A DNA stretch of 64,000 bases. Origin: Coniocarpon cinnabarinum. Taxonomy: Eukaryota. Each line of letters opens with the position of its first letter. The first letter of the stretch is position 1. Shown here one piece after another: positions 13,025 through 24,853 of the stretch. The translations under genes were made by a program, and so were the position numbers. Where the stretch lies: positions 1 to 64,000 of the forward strand of contig JAVECO010000028.1 of the NCBI GenBank assembly GCA_051942205.1, in the 5' to 3' direction. Under the pieces are notes generated by a model, which saw only the letters and a program-made list of their open reading frames with translations, did not search any database and was not told the origin of the DNA.

Positions 13025-13694
13025 ATGGCACCCGGCCACAATCTATCTGGTAGTGTGGCAAGCCTGGCTCAACGCGATTGTGACACTTGTCCCACAACAG
13101 ATCCAATATACATGACTTCTGACGCTGTTGACTGGCGCTCATATGACAAACCATCACATATGGGACTCAAAATAGCTCTCAGCGTCTGCATCCCTCTTCT
13201 TGCCCTGATGACATTGGGGTTCCTCGCCCACATCCTCAGACAGCGACGAAGACGCCGCGAACGCGAGGAGCTCGAGTCCGCCCGAGAGAAGGCCAATGTG
13301 GTCCCCAAGCAAAACTCTGGAAACACTGGCGGTGAGACCATCATCATCCAGGAGGGCGGCCGCACACAAGCAAGGTATGGCACCCCGTCGGAGCATAGGA
13401 GCTGCCATACAACGTCTAAACGGAAGAGCCAAGCGAAGTTGACTTGCTCTCCAGGCCTGGTGAATCCAACGTTGTAAGAGACAACGTTGGTGGCGATCGC
13501 CAGCAAACTAGGTATGTGACATGGCTAAGAGCCACAAGTATTGAGCGCGATTTGTTCTAGCGAGCTGATACAACATTGTTTGCAGACCAGGCGAGCAAGC
13601 TGCCGCGAGAGAAAACGTCGTTGGTGGCGGCAGTGGATCGAACATGAGGTGCGTCTCACATAAAGATGCCATCGAGTCATTCGTTTCCCACTAA
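13025..13694 (+). CDS. Small single-pass membrane protein with mini-exon-encoded tail (stop at 13694, or 13704 if a third intron is used)
   Basis: TM segment IALSVCIPLLALMTLGFLAHIL followed by RQRRRRR; donors GTATGG (13375) and GTATGT (13512), acceptors at 13454 and 13585. Confidence 0.6.
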
Positions 13695-14420
13695 AAGCTT
13701 TTGAAGGCCTGGAGAGTCAAGTGTAGTCCGCGAGAGTGGTGCTGGCGGCACCGGCGGTGCCGGTGGTGCCGGTGGTGCCGGTGGTGCAGGCAACAGTGGC
13801 ACTTCTGCCAGTCATTCGCAAGTCCGGTGAGTTGTAACGCAGAGTGTCCCTGTATTCTCCAGGACTAACACGCCACCAGCCCCGGAGAAACATCGTCTGT
13901 CCAAGAGAGCACTCGCTCCCCTCCAGCAAACCGCGGGAGCAGCTATGTTGTGACTGAGCCTGCTCGTACTCGTTCTCCGTAGCTTGGCTGCCACAGGTCC
14001 TATTACCTCAAACCTAATAATGCTATGAATAAATCTTAGACCTCAACAAACTGATCTGATTTGCATCGTTACATTGCAATATCCTTGACGTTTTAACTTG
14101 CTTAATCTTGCGCAAAGCATGACGGGTGCAACTGCAACTGCACCCACTTGTGTGTCATTTTCATCATAAGCACTTCGCTTGCCAATGTAAACTATCAAGC
14201 ATACTGACGACGCACGAGACCGTATTTGCTTGCTTGGATGAGCACACTGGCATGTTTGGTCTATCTGAGGGTAGTTAGCCGCATGTGTGATATTTCTGGC
14301 AATCTGTCGCAAAGCGCCATTGGATTACATCCTTGCGATAAAAATCGAAAGAGTCCAGTATGATCTTGTAGCTGCTTGCTCGAGGAGTTGCCCCAACCAT
14401 ACTGAACCTCCGGAGCAGAC

Positions 14421-15574
14421 ATGTCGAAATCATACGTACCCTCTGCGAGACTCCTACGTGTGCTTTCACAGCCCCCGTACGGCAGTATCACCAATCGTAC
14501 GTGTCTAAGATGCCAACGACGATATCTTTCTGCTGGGGCATCTCGCCTGGAGAAGCAGTATCTGACACCAGAGGTAAGTAGGATTGGCAGCTGATGCAGG
14601 AGCATCTCAACGGAGTCAGCTAGAAATCTGAAGCTCGCCGCAGCATCTGACTTGAAAACTAGTATAATCACGAACGTCGCCGCGATGGCGAGCTCCAGCC
14701 CCGTCCTCTTTCGCGTCCTCTCGGGCTTCCGTACCCTCCCAAGCCCAACCAAAACACCGGCCGTGACACCCGCACGCTCTCTCAGCGCCGCGATGACTTC
14801 GCGTCCTACGACAAGCACAAGCAGCGCCAATCCAAGCTCCTTTCCGACGTCTTCGAGCGCAATTATTGGCGCGACGTCGGCAACCTGGGTAAAGTCCACA
14901 AAGGCAAGAGCATACTCGCGCCCAGCACGCCGTTCAAGCGAGGCGTCGCTTTGTATTTCCCGAATTTGGAGGGCATGACACTGGAAGGGCGGGGTGTCGG
15001 TTGGGGTAAGAAATGGGCGCAGACGACGCAGGTGCTCCAGGGGAAGGTGAGCCTGGTGGGGATGGTGCATACGACGTGGGCGGCGGAGCAGGTGAGGAGT
15101 TTTCTGTCGCCGGAGAAGAACCCGGCCTTGAAAGAGGCGGTGGAGACGCATGCGGGCGCGAAAGAGCTGGTACAGCAGGTGACGGTGAACGTGGAGGAGA
15201 ATCCGTTGAAGGCCTTTATGGTGCGGCTGTTCTTTGGGAATGTGAGAAGGTCGCTGCCCAAGGAGCGGTGGGGGACATACTTCTTGAATCGAAGAGGGTT
15301 GAGCGAGGACTTGAGGGATGCATTGGCAATGTGGAACAGCAAGGTGGGATACGTGTATTTGCTGGATGGAGAATGTCGAGTGCGGTGGGCGGCCAACGGA
15401 GAGGCAAGGCCGGAGGAGCGTGAGAGTCTGGTGAGGTGCGTGAGGAGGCTGGTGGACGAGGCTCGTGGTGTACAGAAAGGCGTGAAAAGGGAGGAGCCGA
15501 GGCCGTCGAGCAAAGAGCAAAGCCAGAAGGATCCCGTGCAGCGCAGAGAGAAACAGACATTGGCTGCTTCCTAG
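14421..15574 (+). CDS. ATP10: Mitochondrial ATP synthase assembly factor Atp10 (2 exons)
   Basis: Basic mitochondrial-type presequence; PLSRPLGLPYPP, ALYFPNLEG, NSKVGYVYLLDGECRVRWAANGEA. Confidence 0.9.
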
Positions 15575-15703
15575 TCGTGAAATATCTAATATCAATCCAC
15601 AAATATCTGGACGAGGTCGATTCCGGCACACCCTCCTGCAACAGGACGAGCGAATAATCTCTGACATACCATTGCGACCCCAACGCCATGCTATAGAGTA
15701 TGC

Positions 15704-16438
15704 TTACGATATGAAGAACACAACTAGGAAACAGACGGCAATGAAACTCCCAAGTATGACTCCGTCTCTCCGCCTCTTACTTGATATCCTCCCAATTAGC
15801 CCATTTACACCCGGCACCATGCTCGCCACATCCAGTGCCCTCCTTCGTATTCTCTCTAGCTGCTCCCGCTGCAACCCCATACCCTCATTCACCGCGTACG
15901 CCTGCGCCAACAGACTGTCTGCCCCTTGGTTACTCCGATCGATCCGCCCTCGCTCCTCTAGCATGTAGTCTGCTTCCGCACTCGCCGGGTCCTGCGCCGC
16001 GCGATAATTGACCGCATCCCGGTGAACGCCCTTCATCAATTGCGCGTACTCCCGCTTCTGCTGGATCTGCGACTGGTGATGCGAGAAGCGCTGGCGGTGG
16101 TCTGTGAGTTTCTGCTCGTGGAGTTTGTGGTAGCCTGTTCGCTTTTGTTTCTCGGAGGGGTCGGTGGAGGTGTTGCGGAGATCGGCGAGCTGGTCGAGGA
16201 GGGTGGCTCGTCTCGTGAGGAGGGTGGTGACTTGGTCGGCGAGGGAGGTTTCATTGGTAGTGGGTGATGTGGGAGTTTCGGAGAGGGTAGAGAGCTGGCC
16301 GTATTGCGGGAGGAGAGTTTCAGTCTGTATGAACCTTTGTCAGATCTCCTATTCTTATTCTGACGGTTCGTGGTCAATTGCTCGTACTTGTCCTTCGAGC
16401 TGCCGCGTCTGGGTGCGGACCTGTGCCCAGGACGCCAT
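15704..16438 (-). CDS. GOS1: Golgi Qb-SNARE Gos1 (2 exons)
   Basis: MASWAQVRTQTRQLE start; EADYMLEERGRIDRS...VPGVNGLIGRISSKRRRDGVILG plus C-terminal TM. Confidence 0.9.
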
Positions 16439-16764
16439 GTTATTTAGTGCAAAATCTGGTGGCGCTTAATATGCCTTGATGCCGCAACTTTTCTTGCCAT
16501 ATATCTGGCTTGCTTCCAGTTTTTAGAGCATCAGACAGCCTCCATGTCTTCGAGATGCGCAGGCCGCAGGCTTTCATTTACCAATTTGGAGGCGCTTTCA
16601 CGAGACGTCACACTAGGGGCGCTTAGCGCGTGTGTGACAGTTCTTGGCGCTCGGCTGCTTCCGCTCGAGAACGCACACCAGAGTCGCGCGACAACCTCAA
16701 AACTCGATCACGATCCCCTTTCCCCCAATCTCACGGTCTTCTTTGTGTCGGAAACACAGCCAAG
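16439..16764. promoter_or_regulatory. Short bidirectional promoter region between GOS1 and RPL35
   Basis: 326 bp between divergent ATGs; TGTGACAG (16633-16640) is one mismatch from the Homol-D box TGTGACTG of ribosomal protein genes. Confidence 0.5.
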
Positions 16765-17376
16765 ATGGTGCGTCATATGACACTCATTCCTCGCATTGCA
16801 CTAGAATGGTGCTCTGCATATATTCGTCGCGAGTTACGCGCTAACGATTGATGATGAATAGTCGACCGGCAAAATAAAAGCCAGCCAACTATGGGGCAAG
16901 AACAAGGATGAACTGAAGAAGCAGTTGGGCGACCTCAAGACCGAGCTGGGTCAATTACGGACGCAAAAGATTGCTGGTGGTGCGCAGTCAAAGCTCACAA
17001 AAATGTACGAGTTGCCATCAATATCGAATTGTACACATTTCGCGGAGCACAGAGCAAACGCGACAGTTTCTCGTGTGAAGCCCGTTATTTGAGTCTCCGA
17101 CCGGGTGTAGAAGAAAGTGCTGACTTTGCATGCCAATATAGCCACGATCTCCGAAAATCCATCGCCCGCGTCCTCACCATCATCAATGTCACGCAACGCC
17201 AGCAACTGCGCCTGTTCTACAAGAAGAAGAAGTACATGCCGCTCGATCTGCGACCGAAGAAGACGAGGAAGCTGCGGAGGGAGATGACGAAGCATGAGAA
17301 GTCGTTGGTGACGGAGAAGCAGCGGAAGAGGCAGATTCACTTCAAGCCGAAGAACTACATGGTGAAGGCGGATTGA
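16765..17376 (+). CDS. RPL35: 60S ribosomal protein L35 (uL29), 3 exons, first exon is the ATG only
   Basis: ATG|GTGCGT intron; [18 protein letters not shown]...; [24 protein letters not shown]. Confidence 0.96.
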
Positions 17377-19755
17377 GGGGATTGCTGTCTATGAATGTGG
17401 TGACTTGCGGGGAGAGCAGCGAAGACGCATGCCTCATCATGGTGGTGTCAATCCTAGAAGCTTCTATGGAATGAAAGATACCAACCACCGATTTGCACGT
17501 CACGTGCTTCGAATTGCGGGCTGCTTTCCACGCATGAGTGATCAATTGACCACAAATTGCATTCGCCCCGTGCTCAACGCCTATGAGGGAACGAAGAAGC
17601 AGTACACTCTATGATCACCGTACTTGAACAAGCTGTCACTGATTCCCAATCACTCAGATACTACAGGATCTTCATCTGAGGATTGGCTGCCAAATAGACA
17701 TAGACACAAAGGAGCATGACACTCTAAGTCTACCTGAATGTTGACGCAGACTGTAAGACTGACGAGTAGTGAAAGCCAAGCAAACTTCGTGTTCTACCTT
17801 CATTGGTGTATGACAAGTCCCGGCCAGCGCTCCAAGACTTGCTCTTGGATCTTGTGCATTTTGGTAACCCTGCCCTGTAGAGCTCAGCTCATCTACTTCT
17901 GGCTCGATGTGTTTCAGCTCTGTAAATCGTAACTCATTCTCCTGCGACACATTTTCGCTTAGACTGTGCATGACGCCCGGCGGAACGAGCGCCCAGCCAT
18001 CGTGATTTTTCAAATTGCCGTGCAGGAGACATGGCGCTAGAGCCCTGATGTATCACGAGATACCACAAGGGGCAAGCACTCACCGCCTGTTGTCTTGTGG
18101 CATCGGAGGGACTTGCTTCGCACCTTGGACCGCGTCTTGCTGCAGCTACCGTCTCACCTTGTGGCCGAGCATCCATCGCTGCGCTCCTGGGGGACTTTGA
18201 CGTGAACGGTGCCCTCCGGACCCAGCCGACGGGACGATCAAGCGACAACCCAGCCGGTGCCCAGGGTGGCGGGAGATGAGGACTGGAGAGATGCAATGCC
18301 CGCCGCGGTCGATGCAGCGCTGCAGCCAGCACCCTGCTTTTCCCCCGCGACCGATGGATGATGCCACCAGGAGGCGCCTTCGATTGCCGTGCCAGCACAG
18401 CAGAACCAAGGCGAGCAATCAGCAGAGGCGAATTGGGCAGTGCGCGTGCCTGACAGTGTGGCAGAAGCGCGAACGGAGGCCGTGGTGGTTGCTAACGGAC
18501 AACGCAGCCAGTGTCTAGCTGCAGATGACTTTCCGTTGGCCAACCGGCCTCTCTGTCTCTCTCTCTGGCGCGCGCTCCTCGACTACATCCATTTCACCTC
18601 GCGACCACACCAGCCTCTCGTTCTTCTCTCTTTTGTCTCCTCCCTCCTCCCTCCACTGGCTCTGGGCGTGGGCGTGGTGCTGTGTGCACGTGTTGCTGTG
18701 TCTGTCCTGCTTGTTTGGGAGATTTGAAGCTGGCCAACTGCCGAGACTCCCAGCTGGCGCCATCATTTCCCCTGCAAAACCACCACCCACACTACAAACG
18801 AGCTGCATACAGCCCCTGCAGCTCCTCTGCACCTTGCCGCCGCCCTAACGCTTCCAAAACACACACAATCTCAAACTCGTTTGTCCCTCGCGTTCTAGTC
18901 CGGTATTCGTTTGTGTTTGAGCCCGTAATAGCAATGTCGTCCTTCTGAGTCGCCCGATCTCCAAGCGCGCCTATCTCACTCCTATGCTTTGTCCTTGATT
19001 GCATCTCCACAAATACTTCACGATTCACAGTCGAGACCAGCCACAACTTGCCATCCCAGACACAGGCTTGACAGCTGTGGGACCTCTTGACCTGGTAAGA
19101 ACGACCTCGCGTGGGGATCTGGATGGTGTCACCCTGCATGGTTCCACAAGTGACTTGATTGACCCGAACTCCATGTCCAGCCTGAGGAGCACTTGGCATC
19201 GCATGCTGACACTCTACGTCAGATTCACGTCTAGGTCGACGGTCGGCAATCAATGTTTGCTGCGGTACGATCAAGTGGACTTCTTGTGGTTCTGCGTGTT
19301 TGAGGCGACTGGGAGGTGATCTGGGCCAGCAGCCAGTGCAAGGAGGGAAGCATTTTGGAGCGTTTTTGCGAGTCACATGTATTCACGAATATAATGAATT
19401 GTCAAAATGAAGGTAAGTGGACGCAAGAGCACGAGGCAGATCGACGATGTCGACGCAATCAAACACCTCGTGCTGCTGAACCCATCTCAACTTTTGGCTG
19501 GCTGCCACCTTTTGCATACTGCTGAACTCAATCAACCTCCCAATGATAATCACCGTCATGCTCTCCGCAACGTCGTACCTCGCCGCGACTCATCACTGGA
19601 GCAACAGGATTGCTGACTTCTCATTAGCCACGACACATTGACCGTCATAGAGCGGTCACGAAACGCCGGATCGGTCGCTCTGAGTAGTGGCCTTGAAGCC
19701 CACTCTCAGAAGGCGCTTCTTTCCCTGAAGCACTATTGTGATCCAAAGCTCCCTC

Positions 19756-21261
19756 ATGGCCACTCATGAAGTCGACCGCAAGATCCTCGGTCGCCTCGCA
19801 ACGGAGGCTAGCGCGTTTGATCGAGTGCTTTCAGGAGCGCTGTTCCAGGTCCTCGGCCTGTCACGAATGCTATCGCGTCGACTGTTACGTGCGCGGACGC
19901 TCCGCCGACTGGAGCCGACCAATGTCAAAGCCATGACGCTGTATCATCACATCATCTGGATGTCGCGTGAAGGCCTTGCCATTGTGGAGGGCATCATTGC
20001 AGAGTATGTGGAACGAGGAGCGCGGGCTGCGATCGAGCTCCGAATCTTCGCGTACAAGCTGCGCGCCTCCTTCTATCACGTGTTCTGCCTTTTCCACAAC
20101 AAACCCTCCGTCTCACCGCTCAACCCGGCTGGCGACCTGCCACACGGCGAGCAGGTCCCCACTGTGCTGCTGCCGGTGCCAGGAAATCGACAAGCTGCCC
20201 TCGGGTCGACACCGCCTCGCAATGGCAAAGCCAAGGACCCGAATGATCCCTCACCGCCATCGCGTGTACCCACGGGCATCCGTGACTCGATTCTATCCGA
20301 TACTTCGAACGTCACCAATCCCTTTGGCTCCATCTCTGGTCTATCACCTCCACCGGGCCTTCCTGGCAGGGATCCATCACAAGCCCCAGACCCAGCGGCC
20401 TTCCTTCTCCCCAGCACGAACTTCATTCCACTCACCATAGCTTCATTCGATGCAGCGTCAGCACTAGCTGCTCAGATGCTTACAAGCACGTCACCCCTGC
20501 GCCTCTCGATAGCGTTGGAATACTCGGCATTCAAGTGGGACTGTCTCCACGACCACAGTGACTCTCGCCGCCTGGCTCGTAATACCATGATCAGGGTCTA
20601 CGAGTCCCAGGAAGGCATGGACGATAACGAGTACGAAGACGCGGCAAAGCTTGTTGGCACGCTGGGTCGAATGATGAAACGCAAGAGTGAAGATCGAACA
20701 CCCCGTTTCGGGGATACTACGCCCCCAGCGGATGGAGACAACGTTGCAAGAGAGCAAGCCCGGCCAGCTGCCCCTTCGGTGCCGGAGGTCCCACAAATCA
20801 CAATCCAACAGGAAGAGGAATTGCGGCAAGAGGCTCGCCGCGAACAGGAACGAGCACGTCGTAATGCTGAGCGAGAGAACGTGACGTCGCCGCGGCCGGT
20901 GACTGCCGAGCGAACACCCGCAGCGCGAAACCCACCAGCGACGAGCACTACACAGCAGAGGCCAACGACACCAGGTGCAGACAAGCCGTTGCCCCAGTTG
21001 CCTGCACAGGATCCATCGTTCAATATTCCTCGACGGCCTGCAGGTACACCGCCTGGGATCAAATCAACAAGCAGACCCACGTCCGCAGAGGAAGAGGTAA
21101 CGCCGACACAAGCGAGTGTCGCAGCAACTGCCAACCCACCGCAATCAAACCCGGGGCCACAGGTGGTGCAACAACCTCAGAGGCAGACTGAGACGTTCCC
21201 AACGCGAGGTTCGAGTCTGCGACCAGAAGACTATCCACCCCGTGGATCGAGCTTAGCCTAA
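19756..21261 (+). CDS. Divergent fungal 14-3-3-like domain protein with P/Q/R/T-rich tail
   Basis: YKLRASFYHVF, SPLRLSIALEYSAFKWDC, EGMDDNEYEDAAKLVGTL resemble 14-3-3 helices (HPIRLGLALNFSVF; ESYKDSTLIMQLL). Confidence 0.75.
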   Translation: MATHEVDRKILGRLATEASAFDRVLSGALFQVLGLSRMLSRRLLRARTLRRLEPTNVKAMTLYHHIIWMSREGLAIVEGIIAEYVERGARAAIELRIFAYKLRASFYHVFCLFHNKPSVSPLNPAGDLPHGEQVPTVLLPVPGNRQAALGSTPPRNGKAKDPNDPSPPSRVPTGIRDSILSDTSNVTNPFGSISGLSPPPGLPGRDPSQAPDPAAFLLPSTNFIPLTIASFDAASALAAQMLTSTSPLRLSIALEYSAFKWDCLHDHSDSRRLARNTMIRVYESQEGMDDNEYEDAAKLVGTLGRMMKRKSEDRTPRFGDTTPPADGDNVAREQARPAAPSVPEVPQITIQQEEELRQEARREQERARRNAERENVTSPRPVTAERTPAARNPPATSTTQQRPTTPGADKPLPQLPAQDPSFNIPRRPAGTPPGIKSTSRPTSAEEEVTPTQASVAATANPPQSNPGPQVVQQPQRQTETFPTRGSSLRPEDYPPRGSSLA

Positions 21262-22147
21262 ACAAGTGGGGCGCAACCGCCACGTGAGATCTTGCAGCAA
21301 CAACGCGAGACCTCGCAACAGGAGCGCACACCCCAGCAGGAACAGCAGCGGACGAGACCATTTGAATCAGTTCAGACAGAGAACAGACCACCGAAGCGCA
21401 AAAACGGAGGCGGCGACGATAATCCCGGAAGTGAGAGCGGGAACCCAAGTGGAAATGGGAGCAACGCCCGGAGTTTTATACCCAGGCTGCGCGTCAGGAA
21501 TCCTTAATTGATGGTGTTTTTGCCCTGCGAATACGTTACAAATGCGGAGACGACAACGAAGCACGGACGAAAAGCATGAGATGTTGTCGACGACACAAAA
21601 TCATATGATTATGGAGGACGCATTGACACCTGTGTAGCTTATGATTGCTAGCGTGGCGTTTGGAGGGTTCTGTTCATGCTAGCACATTATTTGGTGTGAG
21701 AGTTGTCTACTAGCTAATTGTCGTAGTAATTGAGACTTCTGTCTTTATGCCGTTTTAGTCTACGTCGTAGTCTTGTGTTTGTGGAGGCACTCGGCTATAA
21801 GTCTTGCGCTCATGTCCAGCGATTTCCGTCAATAGTGGGAGTGTTGAGAGCAAGCTGTATTGCGGTCAGGGATGCGTTTCTGTTGCCATTAACGATAAGA
21901 CGGATCAGTGGATGTTTTCGTTGCCGGAGTCTCAATCCATGCTGGCATTAGGCAGTGCGTTCATTTCTGGATACTAGCTATGGTGTCTTGATCTTCTTCT
22001 CTTGATTTCAACACTGAAGGCGAATCAGATGAATGTGCGAGTCTAGCTCCGCTCGCTTGATCCTCGCTTCGTGATTAATGCTACATCATTGTCCTCATGA
22101 GAAGTCGGATCATGCTTCCATCTCATCGCCTTCGGCACCTTCACTGT

Positions 22148-22175
22148 CCATCCATCCATCCATCCATCCATCCAT
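22148..22175 (+). repeat. (CCAT)n microsatellite within a pyrimidine-rich tract
   Basis: ccatccatccatccatccatccatc. Confidence 0.85.
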
Positions 22176-22341
22176 CTCCACACCTACACATTCACTCATT
22201 CCTCCTCTCATTTTCCCCTTCGTTTCTCCCTTCATTTCTCCCCTCACTCATCCACTCACCCCTCCATCCACTCACTCCTCCGTCCACTCCACCGCCCATC
22301 CACCCTCGATCCACCCTCAATCCATCCATCCCCCAACATCA

Positions 22342-23459
22342 TCACGTCCCTCCCAACCTCTCCCTGATATCCCCCCAATAAACCCGTCGTCCCGTCCGAT
22401 CAAAAAACCGCGACGCAACCCTCTCCCACTTCTCATCCTCATCACCACTACACAACTGAACGAGAACTTGCAAATCCTCAAAATCAAAAAGATCATCGGG
22501 TTCCAGCACTCGAACGCTTGCGTCACTGTCGTTGGGTTTCACCTCGGCCGCGGCTGGTCCTTTGTTCTTCTTGCCTTTTCCCTTGCCCTCGGTCTTCTCC
22601 TCGGGTTTTGCGTCGTTTCTCGCCTCGGCGGCCTTCTCTTCAGTGGTCGGTGCATCCTTCTTCCCTTCATCCTTCTTGCCCTCATCTTTCTTCGCGTCAC
22701 CGCCGTGAGCAGCTTGCATCAAGTCACGAAACCGACCCTGTAACTTCCCCTTCTCAATCCCCATGATGGTCGCAATCACTTTCCACGATTTCTTCTCGTC
22801 TTTGAGCTGTTTCAGCTGGGCGTCCTGTTCGGGCGTGAATCCGGAGTCAGGGGGCTTATCGTCTGCTTTGGGTTCGTCTGCTTTGGGTGCTTCTGCGTTT
22901 GCATCGTCGGGTTTGGGATCGGCGGGTTGAGCTTCGTCAGGTTTGGGTGGTTCGTCCTTTTTCTCGGGGTCAGCGGGGGTGTCGGCGGGTTTGGGGTCTT
23001 CTGCTGGTGGTGCAGGGGCTGTGGGTGCGTCGGGCGCGGCTGGGACTGGAGTTGCAGCGGGCTGTAAGTGTTAGCTCAGACGTGGGGAAGACTGTGCCGA
23101 GATTGGGGTGCGTTTTGAGCAGGGATGACGAGGGTGCTGGGCTGGGTTGGGTTTTGAACAAGGGGAGGAGATACCTGAGGCTCGGCGGGCTTTGGCTGCG
23201 GAGCAGGACGAACGAGGACTTTGTCTGAGCCACGACGGTGAGATGGGCGGACGAGGCGAGGTCGAGCGCCGTTGCGTTGCGTCTCCTGGGAGAGATTAGC
23301 AAATCGCTGGGATGCTGCGAAACTAATCAGGTGTTAAAAGCAAGCAGTTTCCGAGTGTCTGATTTGAAACTAGCTTTTATCTTGTTCTGAACGCCTGGAA
23401 AGAGGGGTCAGCACGGTACTCACAACTCGCACGTCTTTGCCGAAGATTGCGTTGAGCAT
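22342..23459 (-). CDS. Myb/SANT-like domain protein with P/A/D/K low-complexity regions (5' exons uncertain)
   Basis: GFTPEQDAQLKQLKDEKKSWKVIATIMG...LQGRFRDL and KWERVASRFFDRTGRRV; CTAAC/CAG acceptor near 23062 and CTAAT/CAG acceptor near 23286. Confidence 0.7.
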
Positions 23460-23530
23460 GGCTATGTTAGAGGTGTTAACTAAGGGGGAGCGGGGACCGT
23501 GGAATTGGGGATCGTGGGAGATGAACATGA

Positions 23531-23650
23531 GGTCGAGGAAAGATGGGTCGAGGAAAGATGGGTCGAGGAAAGATGGGTCGAGGAAAGATGGGTCGAGGAA
23601 AGATGGGTCGAGGAAAGATGGGTCGAGGAAAGATGGGTCGAGGAAAGATG
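23531..23650 (+). repeat. Perfect 15-bp minisatellite (GGTCGAGGAAAGATG)x8
   Basis: Eight identical copies counted directly. Confidence 0.97.
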
Positions 23651-23852
23651 GAAACATTAGACAGCTTCTTAGCTGGGCGGTGAAGGTGAACATCAGAAGA
23701 CGGTGAGTAGCGAACTGGCACGTGGCTTGGCAAATCAAACAGTGATGCTCCCATCTTCACCGACTTCACCGGCATGCAGACGGAATGCCAGTACAGCGGC
23801 GGATATAGCACGCCCAAGGGCATCCATCTTGATATTGATACATAGGTACATT

Positions 23853-24633
23853 CTAAACCACGCGTTTGACCTGAAGAACATCCCGTTAGCGCTCATTCAG
23901 ATCAGATGAAAAGAGAACGAAACACGTACCTCGAAAAATCGCTGCAGCCACCATACTTGAAAGATACCCTCACCCACCAGCACACCAATCTGAAACACAC
24001 TCCACCACTTCACCCGCGCATTCGTGCTCTCCGCCGTATTCCGATGCGTCCGCTCCCTCACCACGATATAACTCTGTTCATCCCTGACCTGCGCCAACAA
24101 CTCCGATAGCCTCCGCACCTCCTTCTCCAAGGGATCTGACGGCGCCTCTTCCTCGGGCACGTAGACGATGCCGTGGACGTTGAAAGACACTTCTTTGCTG
24201 TTCGCAGACCAGTGCTCGTTGCTGAAGCAGTAGACGTATTTCCCGTCTGTTTTCGCTTCGAAGGAGTGATCGCCTGAAGAAACGGAGCGCTCGTGGAAGA
24301 GATAGGCGTTTGACGGGTCGTTGATCTGTGTGGGAAGTAGTCAGCGTCTGCTCATTGAGCTGTCCGTACGCCAGCGCCTTCGATCACACGTCACGCAATG
24401 GTTTGGCAGAAACCCGGCAATGGCGAGAAATGGCACGGACATACCCAGAAATCAATGTCAAGATTGCCGCTGCCCCCGAATTCACGATCGCCGACTTGGA
24501 AGGAGACGGTCATTTTGTCGTCGGCATGGAGCATTTCGTGGAAGCATTCTCGGCTGTGGGCTTTCAATTGGATGTTGTGGGCGCTTACTGCTCCGAAGAG
24601 CAGGCACAGCAGGTAGGCTATGAGGATAGCCAT
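23853..24633 (-). CDS. EMP24: p24 family cargo receptor Emp24 (3 exons)
   Basis: Signal peptide, HSRECFHE, GKYVYCFSNE, RERTHRNTAESTNARVKWWS, RFFE|VKRVV*. Confidence 0.93.
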
Positions 24634-24853
24634 GGCTGCGTGGGCTGCAAGTGCAGTGGTGTTTGCGCCGAATGAAAGTAAAGTCGTGGAACAGGCTCCT
24701 TGGCTGAGATGGGCAAACAGGGTTGGCAACCCTAGCTGTAATATTCAGGGGAGATTCATCTAACTGCCAGTCTGTGTCAATATCTATACTTTGATCGAGA
24801 GACAATAAGTGCTAGCCGTTCGAAGAGCCATAGAAAGATGAATTCCGCTTTGT

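Noticed and set aside
13745..13790. (GGTGGTGCC)n short repeat as part of a gene
   Set aside because: Only 3-4 copies with no supportable surrounding CDS
14261..15667. 468-aa minus-strand ORF
   Set aside because: Antisense shadow of GC-rich ATP10
17005..17141. snoRNA in RPL35 intron 2
   Set aside because: Intron is longer than average but no convincing C/D boxes or guide were seen; H/ACA cannot be judged by eye
22078..22743. 221-aa His/Pro/Ser-rich ORF
   Set aside because: Made of CCAT microsatellite plus the antisense of the Myb-like gene
23370..23823. ORFs with FLDPS / SRKDG / PRPIF repeats
   Set aside because: All are by-products of the stop-free 15-bp DNA repeat; none has gene-like flanks
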